Part shown: positions 26,856-34,767 of the stretch, one piece after another
Layout: the number at the start of each line of letters is the position of its first letter
Numbering within the stretch: position 1 is the stretch's first letter
UHGV virus genome: UHGV-0179656
DNA: 37,384 nucleotides
From: a virus
Direction: 5' to 3' (one strand)
Notes under the pieces: model-generated
Told to the model about the DNA's origin: nothing
Seen by the model: only the letters and a program-made list of their open reading frames with translations
Databases searched by the model: none
Translations under genes and position numbers: made by a program

Positions 26856-28004
26856 TTAAATACCGATATATTTTGCGAATTGCGCTGCTGTTTTTTCTTT
26901 TCGTTTATCTGTAATGTGGATATATAGATCCATAGTGATTTGAATAGACGAGTGGCCTAAACGTTCTTGTACGTCCTTAATATTTGCACCAGCTTCTAAA
27001 AGTAAACTAGCATGTGTATGTCTAAGACCATGAATAGTAATACGTTTAAGATTATTTTGTTTGATAATCACTTCTAACCATTTACGAGGCTTAGATAATT
27101 GGAGATATTCATTTTTCCGGTTAGAAAATACCAGTTGATTTTTGCTTAACGTATTAATTCCCAATGTTAACAACCATTTTCTTTGTTCTAATCGCCATTT
27201 CTTCAAGATGTTCATAGTTTCATCATCGACTGGTATATCTCGCTTAGAATTTTTGGTTTTAGGTTGCTCTACATAAAGGCGTCTATTTTTTCCTCTAGCG
27301 AGAGTTTTATTTATCTTGATATAATCATCGTTAAAATCAATATCTTTCCATGTGAGAGCTAAGAGCTCGCCTACGCGCATCCCTGTGAAGGCTAGTGTCC
27401 GAAAAAAAGAATACATACGAATATCTTTTTTCTTTTCTACTGATTTCAAAAAGATTTCTAGTTCTTCTTTACTAAAAAAGTTTAAAGTATCTTCTTCATG
27501 AACAGAGACTTTTCTTTTCGGAACTGTGATTTTTTTAAAAGGATTATCTTGTAGATATCCTAATTTAATAGCATAATCACATATACGCGAAGCATTATTG
27601 ATAAATTCTCTATACAACACAAATTTTTTTACCTTTTCATTAGCGAATTTTTGAGCTATATCAATCGATATTTTGTTGATTTTAAGAGCACCAAATGCTG
27701 GTAATATATGATTCGCAAACTGTTCTTTTGTTTTAACGAAAGAACTTTCTTTTACTGTTTGCTCATAATTTACGATCCATAGATCGTATACTTCTTGAAA
27801 AGTTAACTCTTTAGACTTATTTAGACCATTACTTTCGTATTCCAATTGTAATTTGGTCAGCGCTAATTGAGCTTCTTTTTTTGTTTTAAAACCTCTTCGT
27901 GTAGTTCTCACTTGTTTGCCAGTCAAGGGATCTACTCCCAAATAAGTTTGAAACTTCCACAATTTTTCACCGTTTTTCTTTTTGTATTGTTCGAATGTTG
28001 CCAT
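26856..28004 (-). CDS. int: Tyrosine site-specific integrase (phage integrase family)
   Basis: 382 aa. The C-terminal catalytic region has HGLRHTHAS and LGHSSIQITMDLYIHI (R...HxxR...Y). RBS aaagga. The 3' end faces the tRNA gene. Confidence 0.9.
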   Translation of the reverse strand: MATFEQYKKKNGEKLWKFQTYLGVDPLTGKQVRTTRRGFKTKKEAQLALTKLQLEYESNGLNKSKELTFQEVYDLWIVNYEQTVKESSFVKTKEQFANHILPAFGALKINKISIDIAQKFANEKVKKFVLYREFINNASRICDYAIKLGYLQDNPFKKITVPKRKVSVHEEDTLNFFSKEELEIFLKSVEKKKDIRMYSFFRTLAFTGMRVGELLALTWKDIDFNDDYIKINKTLARGKNRRLYVEQPKTKNSKRDIPVDDETMNILKKWRLEQRKWLLTLGINTLSKNQLVFSNRKNEYLQLSKPRKWLEVIIKQNNLKRITIHGLRHTHASLLLEAGANIKDVQERLGHSSIQITMDLYIHITDKRKEKTAAQFAKYIGI

Positions 28005-28020
28005 TTTTTCGTCCTTTCGC

Positions 28021-28038
28021 TCGGGTAAGTGTTCGGAC
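28021..28038 (+). repeat. Copy 2 of the 18-bp motif, in the int 5' leader
   Basis: Exact tcgggtaagtgttcggac, 17 bp upstream of the int start codon. Confidence 0.7.
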
Positions 28039-28104
28039 TAAAATAGCTGGCATCACCTCCTTAGTTATACGATCTTACTTTGGACAGTGGTCGTGTTTTT
28101 TATT

Positions 28105-29022
28105 TTATCTTCTTATTAAATAATTGTTATCTGTAGGTGTTAACAGTGCTTTTATACCTTCATATAAACCTAGGAAAAAAGTAATACTTGTCCAACTAAA
28201 GACAAAATATAATAAACCTCTTTTAAATTTTTGTGCATAAAACCATTGAATTCCAAACGTTCCTAAAAATATTGCTAATAGTGAAAATATGAATTTATTT
28301 ACTAAAATCTCATTTTTCTCTTCAATAGATGAGGTATTTTGAATAATTGTGTCATCAATATTTTCTGATTCTAACACACTCTCTCTTTCTTCTGTCATAG
28401 ATTCTTTTCGTTCTAAATACTTACTTACATCAACTTTAATATAAAACTTTCCATATCCTTCTTTTATAGTTGTTTCAATTTCTGAAGGTTCATTTAAGAT
28501 TACACCAGAATTTCTTGGTAAATATCCTATTTTTCCACTTCTATTTATTTTTGTATTTTTAGGAGTTGGATGATTAGAATAAACAGCTATGGCCTTAGGA
28601 TCATATTCATTATCAGGTTCAGGAACAAGAACCAATTCTAAATCGTGATATTGTTAGCCATACGTATCCCACGTTTCGCCTCTATCTTTCAATACATTCC
28701 TTAAAATTCGTTCTGCGTCAGTATATTGAGTGCCAACTACTTCTAAAATTTGCTTGCTACTTTGTTGATTGTTTTGATTATCATTTTTTATATTAGAGTT
28801 GAGGGATTTTTTATTTACATCAATAGATGAAAGAGGATTAACTCCGAAGGTAGTCTTATTGTAAACTTTATTATATGCAGCTTTTTTTGGGTCTTTAATC
28901 CATCCAGTGCCTTTTTTACCGTAACCAGGAATTACTGCTTTTTTCACAGCTCTTTTTGCTTTCCCAGTAGTTCTAGCGCTGATAGATTTTTTTATACTCG
29001 GTTTTCGTGGTCCTATTTTCAT
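28105..29022 (-). pseudogene. HIRAN-domain + TM2-domain membrane protein gene, interrupted by one in-frame TAA (28654..28656). Possibly a nonsense pseudogene, a sequencing error or stop-codon read-through.
   Basis: The two track ORFs (28654..29022 and 28105..28635) are in the same frame, separated by TAA plus 6 sense codons. The HIRAN motifs are split across the stop: ...LEVVGTQYTDAERILRNVLKDRGETWDTYG*QYHDLELVLVPEPDNEYDPKAIAV...GYLPR. The C-terminus FLGTFGIQWFYAQKFKRGLLYFVFSWTSITFFLGLYEGI matches TM2 (G..G...FY..K.G......W....G...I). Strong RBS aaggaga only before the ATG at 29022. No SD before the internal TTG. Confidence 0.55.
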
Positions 29023-29051
29023 ATAGCATTCTCCTTACGTTGTATTATAAT

Positions 29052-29480
29052 TCACAAGTAACGATCGAATTCATCTGGTAATCCAAAGCAGACGAGCTTT
29101 TCATATTTTGTCATATGATCAAAGCCGTCTAAAGTTGGATCAATAGTTAGATGAGTTGCGAAATAGTTTGCCTCTTTTTCAATTTTTAATTCGGATACTA
29201 GCGTTTTTTTAGACAACATAGGTGTGTTTTCATTTGAATGTAAAACACAGTGGCCTAATTCATGACTACAAGTTATCCATTTTCCCATTTCATCTAAGTT
29301 AGAATTTATGTGGATCATTTTTATTTGTTTTAATTTACTATAGTAACCATAAATTTCTCCCAAATCTTCTTCTAAAACTAGTATCTTCAATTCTCGTGCA
29401 ATTCTAAAAGGATTGCGTGTTTGATATAGTTTTACCAGTTTATTAATTTTTTTATCAATTTGAGGTAAATACATAAACAT
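29052..29480 (-). CDS. ImmA/IrrE-family zinc metalloprotease (anti-repressor protease)
   Basis: HEXXH as CSHELGHCVLH. RBS aaaggag. Located directly downstream of the XRE repressor, as in ImmR/ImmA modules. Confidence 0.75.
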   Translation of the reverse strand: MFMYLPQIDKKINKLVKLYQTRNPFRIARELKILVLEEDLGEIYGYYSKLKQIKMIHINSNLDEMGKWITCSHELGHCVLHSNENTPMLSKKTLVSELKIEKEANYFATHLTIDPTLDGFDHMTKYEKLVCFGLPDEFDRYL

Positions 29481-29490
29481 CGCACTCCTT

Positions 29491-29910
29491 TTAATCGCGA
29501 TATTTTTTAGGTGTATATTTTTTCTTAGCTTCTATCTTAGATATCCGCAATGCATTCTCTAAAGAAATAATGAGAGCTTCACGTGTAGCTTCGCTCATTT
29601 CACCATCCTTCTTCGAAAAAGCCATTCCATCAGCATTAGATAAATCGTCGATTAAGGATTGTAATTCTTTTTGAATATCACGTTCGTCTTTTTCCGTTAA
29701 ATCGTAGTACCTTTTTTTCTCAGTGCGTCCTAATAGATAGTCGACAGATACATTGAAATAATTAGCTAACTCCTCTAACCGTTCAGCAGAAGGTTTAGAG
29801 TCTTTTAACCTATATAAAACATTTTTTCCATACCCAAGTTCTTCTTCAATTTTATTTAAAGACTTTCCCTGTTGCTTTGCTAATTCTTTAATTCTCTCAA
29901 ACGTTATCAT
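29491..29910 (-). CDS. XRE-family phage repressor (cI-like). The track ORF starts at 29928. The ATG at 29910 has the RBS.
   Basis: N-terminal HTH (LAKQQGKSLNKIEEELGYGKNVLYRLKDS) with a C-terminal oligomerisation region. aaagga lies 9 nt before the ATG at 29910. No SD before the ATG at 29928. Confidence 0.75.
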   Translation of the reverse strand: MITFERIKELAKQQGKSLNKIEEELGYGKNVLYRLKDSKPSAERLEELANYFNVSVDYLLGRTEKKRYYDLTEKDERDIQKELQSLIDDLSNADGMAFSKKDGEMSEATREALIISLENALRISKIEAKKKYTPKKYRD

Positions 29911-29928
29911 ATCAACATTTCCTTTCAT

Positions 29929-30201
29929 TCGAGGAAAATATTTAACATTTAGAGTTAAAAAATACTTGCGATTTTTAACTTATGATGTTAATATAATTCT
30001 CGTAAACAAGTTTAACAACTAAAAAGAAAACAAAAATACTATTGATAAATAAATGCTAACCGCCAAGAAAGCTTTGAAATCAATACTTTTGTGTCTTATT
30101 TAAGTGTGAATTCATTTTAACATTTCATGTTAAAAAATGTCAATTAAATTTATAAAATAGTTGTTAGATTTGTTTACAAGTAAAAGAAAGGAGACGCGGT
30201 A
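29929..30201. promoter_or_regulatory. Divergent repressor/cro promoter region with three 17-bp operators, TTAAC-N7-GTTAA
   Basis: O1 29942..29958 ttaacatttagagttaa. O2 29975..29991 ttaacttatgatgttaa. O3 30117..30133 ttaacatttcatgttaa. O1 and O2 sit 33 bp apart centre to centre. Confidence 0.55.
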
Positions 30202-30405
30202 ATGACTGATATTGCAGAAATTACTAAACAAGACAGAGAAAAAATTAAAAAGTATGTAGAAGGATCTAAGTTTCTAACATACAAAATGCTTGCTGAAAGA
30301 TTTGGAATTAGTAAAAGTTACTTATCTTTAATCTTAAGCGGTAAAAAGACTTCTGCAGAAGCTAATATAATTATCGATTCGATCATTACTATGTATGAGC
30401 TGTAA
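30202..30405 (+). CDS. Cro-like HTH regulator
   Basis: 67 aa with the HTH YKMLAERFGISKSYLSLILSGKK. RBS aaaggaga. Divergent from the repressor. Confidence 0.65.
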   Translation: MTDIAEITKQDREKIKKYVEGSKFLTYKMLAERFGISKSYLSLILSGKKTSAEANIIIDSIITMYEL

Positions 30406-30423
30406 AGAGAGGAGTAAAAAAAT

Positions 30424-30696
30424 ATGAGTATTATCGATCAAGTTTCAAAGATAAACGAATTATCTGACGAAGTAGCTAAACAGATTTATTCAGAATGCAT
30501 TGAAGAGAACATTTCTGTCAACAATTTAAGGGAAAGAGTCAAAGAGAACTTAACTAAGTATGTCGGAGAACCGGCATTCAACGAAACCTACAGATATATT
30601 TTCAGCAAAGTTAAGTTTTTGATCGAACATAGCGAAGTAAAAATAGTGAAGCCCCACATTGGATTTGAAGCTTCACATAAAACATCAATTTTTTAA
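30424..30696 (+). CDS. Hypothetical early protein
   Basis: 90 aa with RBS gagaggag. Confidence 0.5.
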   Translation: MSIIDQVSKINELSDEVAKQIYSECIEENISVNNLRERVKENLTKYVGEPAFNETYRYIFSKVKFLIEHSEVKIVKPHIGFEASHKTSIF

Positions 30697-30814
30697 TTGT
30701 TCTTCAAGCTCTTGGAATAAATCAGCTAATGCAAGCACTAATTTTTCCATATCTTGGTTAGTAGTATCTATTCCATAATGCTCAAAAACTTTAGAAATTT
30801 TTTCTTCGCTAAAC
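30683..30814 (-). CDS. Candidate 43-aa acidic mini-protein, convergent with and overlapping the 3' end of the previous gene
   Basis: MFSEEKISKVFEHYGIDTTNQDMEKLVLALADLFQELEEQLKN. RBS gaggtg lies 5 nt upstream. Not in the ORF track (it is shorter than the shortest ORF listed). Confidence 0.3.
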
Positions 30815-30878
30815 ATCAAAACACCTCGCTTTCTAATGAGAATTATAGCAAATAAAAATCAGCTGGGGAGGAAACCGA

Positions 30879-31634
30879 ATGAAAGAACTAATCAAAGTAA
30901 CAACAAATAAGGAGAATGAACAGTTAGTAAACGGCAGAGAATTGCATGAGTTTTTGGAGGTGGCTACAGAATATAAAAAATGGTTTAGTCGTATGGCAGA
31001 ATATGGTTTTGTTGAAAATATAGATTTCATAAGGGTGACCCAAAAATGTCCGACCCCTGGAGGAATTCAGAATATTACTGACCATGCAATGAAATTGGAC
31101 ATGGCAAAAGAAATTTCAATGATTCAACGAACAGAAAAAGGAAAACAAGCGCGTCAATATTTTATTCAAGTAGAAAAAGAATATAAACAACAGTTGCTTG
31201 ATACTTCAAAACTAAGTCCAGAACTCCAAATGTTCCAAGGAATATTTAATGCAGTAGCTAAGCAAGAGTTAGAGACAAAACGTTTAGCAACACAAATGGA
31301 GAATATTACTGAAATTGTGGCATTGAATACAACTGACTGGCGTAGAGAATGTCGAAAACTCGTAAATAAAATTGGGGAAACTCAAGGCGGATACGGTGCT
31401 TATCAAGAAATTCAAACAGCGATATATGAAGAAGTTGATCGTAGAGCTGGTTCCTCTCTCAAAACTAGATTAACCAATTTACGTAACCGTATGGCTGGCG
31501 AAGGTGTTTCAAAATCCAAGCGAGATAAGACAAATAAGTTAGATGTAATCGAAAGTGATAAAAGGTTAAAAGAAATTTATTTATCTGTAGTCAAGGATTT
31601 CGCTATTAAGTATGGAGTTTGGAAAGAAAAATAA
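30879..31634 (+). CDS. Phage antirepressor (AntA-like N-terminal domain)
   Basis: N-terminus LVNGRELHEFLEVATEYKKWFSRMAEYGFVENIDF. RBS ggggagga. Placement is typical for an early-region antirepressor. Confidence 0.55.
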   Translation: MKELIKVTTNKENEQLVNGRELHEFLEVATEYKKWFSRMAEYGFVENIDFIRVTQKCPTPGGIQNITDHAMKLDMAKEISMIQRTEKGKQARQYFIQVEKEYKQQLLDTSKLSPELQMFQGIFNAVAKQELETKRLATQMENITEIVALNTTDWRRECRKLVNKIGETQGGYGAYQEIQTAIYEEVDRRAGSSLKTRLTNLRNRMAGEGVSKSKRDKTNKLDVIESDKRLKEIYLSVVKDFAIKYGVWKEK

Positions 31635-31918
31635 AATTTGATAGGAGGTTCAGGATTATGGAAGTAATCTTAACGCCTGAAAATGAGGCAGCACTTCGTA
31701 GCTATATTCATGAAATCATAACTGATGAAATTGCAAAAGCAAGAAGAGATGCCTCAGTTGATAAACGTGTATTAAAGCAAATAGAGATAGCGAAATACTT
31801 CGGAGTATCAACTGCAACTATTCGTAAGTGGGAAGATAAAGGACTTCCATTCGGGCGTATAGGCGATCAAAAATTTTACGACAAAGAAAAATGTAGAGCA
31901 TGGGTTCTAGCACAATAA
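31619..31918 (+). CDS. Excisionase-like / MerR-type HTH DNA-binding protein
   Basis: The C-terminal HTH IAKYFGVSTATIRKWEDKGLPFGRIGDQKFY is typical of Xis/HTH_17. RBS aggaggtt. Confidence 0.5.
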   Translation: MERKIKFDRRFRIMEVILTPENEAALRSYIHEIITDEIAKARRDASVDKRVLKQIEIAKYFGVSTATIRKWEDKGLPFGRIGDQKFYDKEKCRAWVLAQ

Positions 31919-31922
31919 AATA

Positions 31923-31940
31923 TCGGGTAAGTGTTCGGAC
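31923..31940 (+). repeat. Copy 3 of the 18-bp motif, 5 bp after the xis-like stop
   Basis: Exact tcgggtaagtgttcggac. Confidence 0.7.
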
Positions 31941-31967
31941 ATAATAACAGCAAAGAAGGGGAAATAC

Positions 31968-32144
31968 ATGGGCAAGTTTAATCGATCATTAGTATTTAGC
32001 GCACCGCTAATTATCTACGCTTTAGGTCTTTGGGGAAGCAAACAAGCATTAATCGGCACGATTGTTTACATGGTATGGATCTTCATAGGTCTTGATGAAG
32101 CTGAGTATAGAACCAAAAAAAGACACGATCGCCGGCAAGCATAA
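31968..32144 (+). CDS. Candidate 58-aa small membrane protein
   Basis: MGKFNRSLVFSAPLIIYALGLWGSKQALIGTIVYMVWIFIGLDEAEYRTKKRHDRRQA has two hydrophobic helices and a basic tail. RBS aaggggaa. Not in the ORF track. Confidence 0.4.
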   Translation: MGKFNRSLVFSAPLIIYALGLWGSKQALIGTIVYMVWIFIGLDEAEYRTKKRHDRRQA

Positions 32145-32184
32145 TCGTGTCAAAAAAATAAAAATCACAAGGAGATTTTATCAC

Positions 32185-32520
32185 ATGAACGTAAAAATTG
32201 AAAACTTAATTAAAGAATTAGCGAATGAGCTACAAGAGCAAGAAGCCGGAATGTCGTTAAGTATTGTCAATTCAGAAGGCGAAACAATCATTGCACAAGG
32301 AGGCAGCGACATATTAGTCAGCTTAGGGGTTCTTGAACAATATGAAAAAACAAAAGAAAAATTGGAATATAGCGATTGTGATTGTCCTGGCCATCGTGAA
32401 GTTTTCAAAGGGTTTGGTATTGAACGTGAATACAGCGGAGAAGTTACAGAAGAGACAATCAAAGATTTTACTGACTTCCTTAAATTCTTAGCTAATGGAA
32501 TGGGAGGTACACAAAAATGA
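32185..32520 (+). CDS. Hypothetical early protein. The track ORF extends to 32092, but the RBS supports the ATG at 32185.
   Basis: caaggag lies 9 nt before the ATG at 32185. Confidence 0.45.
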   Translation: MNVKIENLIKELANELQEQEAGMSLSIVNSEGETIIAQGGSDILVSLGVLEQYEKTKEKLEYSDCDCPGHREVFKGFGIEREYSGEVTEETIKDFTDFLKFLANGMGGTQK

Positions 32521-32741
32521 TTTCAGTAAAGGGATTAGGCGATGAAATATTCGAAGTAATGATGAATAAAGCGCAACAAGACATCCAAGAAAAAATTCTA
32601 ACCGCAGCAAGCTATGGACAAACGAGTTGCACTGTTCGTTCAAAAGGAGTTACACCATCATTTCTAGTGGCACTGGAAAGCGAAGGCATTTCAAACATCA
32701 AGCAAGATGAGGACACCATCAAATTATTTTGGGAATTTTAG
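32517..32741 (+). CDS. Hypothetical early protein
   Basis: 74-aa coupled ORF. Confidence 0.4.
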   Translation: MISVKGLGDEIFEVMMNKAQQDIQEKILTAASYGQTSCTVRSKGVTPSFLVALESEGISNIKQDEDTIKLFWEF

Positions 32742-32747
32742 GAGGCC

Positions 32748-32945
32748 ATGATGAAAGACTTTGATTCTTTAGGAGCTATGCAAGAACCACCAAAAGAAAG
32801 TAGTCCTATCGGAATTGACTGGCAAGACAATCCTATTTATGAAGGTGACTCTTGCTACTTAACCGAAGATGGGTACGTACAAGAAGAGGATATTTTGGAA
32901 TATGTACAACAATATTTTCCAAAGATTGAACTAGGAGGAGTTTAA
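32748..32945 (+). CDS. Hypothetical early protein (acidic)
   Basis: 65 aa with RBS taggagg. Confidence 0.4.
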   Translation: MMKDFDSLGAMQEPPKESSPIGIDWQDNPIYEGDSCYLTEDGYVQEEDILEYVQQYFPKIELGGV

Positions 32946-32946
32946 T

Positions 32947-33978
32947 ATGTCAAATGAAATGGCTACTTTACAAAAAGATATTACTGATGTTGTTTTAGGA
33001 AAAATAACTGAATTGGAAAGTCAAGGTGTTAAGTTACCGAACAATTACAATGCAGCGAACGCATTAAAACAAGCATTTTTCAAAATCAATGAGGTAGCTC
33101 TAAGCCAACGAGAAGGTGGTGGGTTATACATGGAAAAATATGGTAATACGCCAGTTGGTAAAGCTAGTATAGCTAATGCGTTATTAGACATGATTCAGCA
33201 AGGATTGAACCCTGGAAAAAATCAATGCTATTTCATTGCTTATGGTCCAAAACTTCAAATGTCGAGATCGTACTTTGGTACTCAAGCAGCATTAAAACGA
33301 CTTGATGAGATTAATGATGTCAAAGCAGAAGTAATCCGAAAAGATGATGTCTTTGAGATTGGTTCGATTGATAACGAGACAGTAGTCACAAAGTTTGTTC
33401 CTAGTTTTGAAAACATGGATAAAGAAATTATTGGAGCATTTGCAACAATCACTAAGTCTGACGGAAACAAAGTTTATACGATTATGACAAAAAAACAAAT
33501 CGAAAAATCATGGTCAAAAGCTAAGACAAAAAGTGTTCAAAATGATTTCCCAGAAGAAATGGCCAAGCGTACAGTGATTAATCGTGCTGCTAAACCATTT
33601 ATCAATACTAGTGATGATGCTGAACTTTTTTCAGATGCATTCAACCGAACGACCGAAAATGACTATGATTACAATCGCAAAGACGTTACACCTCAAATTG
33701 AAAAAGTGGCCACACTTGAAGAAAAACTTTTTTCAAATAAAACTGTCGAACCAATTCAAAAAGAAGCAGAAGAGATTGTGATTCCTAACGATATTCAAGA
33801 AGAAAATACTCGTATTGCGGATATGCCAGGACATCTAGAAGTTGAACAAGCTCATCCGATTGAAAAAGAAACATTGAACGAACCGATTCAAGAAGAATTA
33901 TTAGATATTCCAGATTTCGGACGTGAGGAAGGTGCAGATGATGTCTCAGAATTTGAAGACGATGAGTACCCTTTCTGA
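32947..33978 (+). CDS. RecT-family single-strand annealing protein
   Basis: 343 aa. The RecT-like core includes QCYFIAYGPKLQMSRSYFG, with an acidic C-terminal tail. RBS taggagga. Confidence 0.6.
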   Translation: MSNEMATLQKDITDVVLGKITELESQGVKLPNNYNAANALKQAFFKINEVALSQREGGGLYMEKYGNTPVGKASIANALLDMIQQGLNPGKNQCYFIAYGPKLQMSRSYFGTQAALKRLDEINDVKAEVIRKDDVFEIGSIDNETVVTKFVPSFENMDKEIIGAFATITKSDGNKVYTIMTKKQIEKSWSKAKTKSVQNDFPEEMAKRTVINRAAKPFINTSDDAELFSDAFNRTTENDYDYNRKDVTPQIEKVATLEEKLFSNKTVEPIQKEAEEIVIPNDIQEENTRIADMPGHLEVEQAHPIEKETLNEPIQEELLDIPDFGREEGADDVSEFEDDEYPF

Positions 33979-34756
33979 TGAGAATTATTACTCAAATGAA
34001 GCTGACTGGCAGTACATGTCAACGTCACAATATAAGTCCTTTTTAAAATGTGAAGCGGCCGCCTTGGCCAAACTCAAAGGGGATTGGCAACCGATATCTA
34101 ATCCTAAAGCTCTTTTAGTCGGGAATTATGTACATTCGTATTTTGAATCGAAAGAGATACACGAAGCGTTCAAAGAAGAAAATAAATCCAAAATGTTTTC
34201 TAGTCGCAAGCCGTATGGATTATTGAAAGATTTCCAGATTGCTGAACAGATGATTGATCGATTAAAACAAGAAGAAGCTTTCATGAACATTTATCAAGGT
34301 GAGAAAGAAACGATTGTAACTGGTGAATTATTTGGAACTCAGTGGAAAGGCAAAATTGACTGCTTGAATTTAGAAGAAGAATACTTTGTTGATATCAAAA
34401 CAACGAAAGACATGCATGAACGTAAATGGAATGAAGATTATGGATCAAGAGAAACATTCCTAGTCAATTTTGGATATGTACTTCAAATGGCTATATATCA
34501 GGAGTTACTTTTACAGCAATACGGAAAGACGTTTACACCGATCATTGCAGCAGTTTCTAAACAAACACCAAGTGAAGCAAGACTGATCACAATTGACCAG
34601 GACAATATGGATTATGAGCTGGTTATGTTAAAAGAAAAAATTGAAAGAATTGTCAGAGTGAAGAATGGTGAAGAGAAGCCGAACCATTGCGGTTTATGCG
34701 AGTACTGTAGAGGTAATATTCCAATTACTGGATTCACTAGCATGGACGATCTTTAA
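33938..34756 (+). CDS. PD-(D/E)XK-family nuclease with a C-terminal Cys cluster, the recombination exonuclease partner of RecT. The track starts at GTG 33923.
   Basis: D...E.K-like core (DCLNLEEEYFVDIKTTKD) and a C-terminal CGLCEYCRG. RBS gaggaagg before the ATG at 33938. Confidence 0.5.
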   Translation: MMSQNLKTMSTLSDENYYSNEADWQYMSTSQYKSFLKCEAAALAKLKGDWQPISNPKALLVGNYVHSYFESKEIHEAFKEENKSKMFSSRKPYGLLKDFQIAEQMIDRLKQEEAFMNIYQGEKETIVTGELFGTQWKGKIDCLNLEEEYFVDIKTTKDMHERKWNEDYGSRETFLVNFGYVLQMAIYQELLLQQYGKTFTPIIAAVSKQTPSEARLITIDQDNMDYELVMLKEKIERIVRVKNGEEKPNHCGLCEYCRGNIPITGFTSMDDL

Positions 34757-34767
34757 ACGGAGGTGCT

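Noticed and set aside
30833-31030. 65-aa minus-strand track ORF upstream of and overlapping the antirepressor.
   Set aside because: It has no RBS, is Cys/Phe-rich nonsense and overlaps the antirepressor RBS and start. The shorter 30683..30814 ORF with a proper SD is the more plausible minus-strand gene in this gap.
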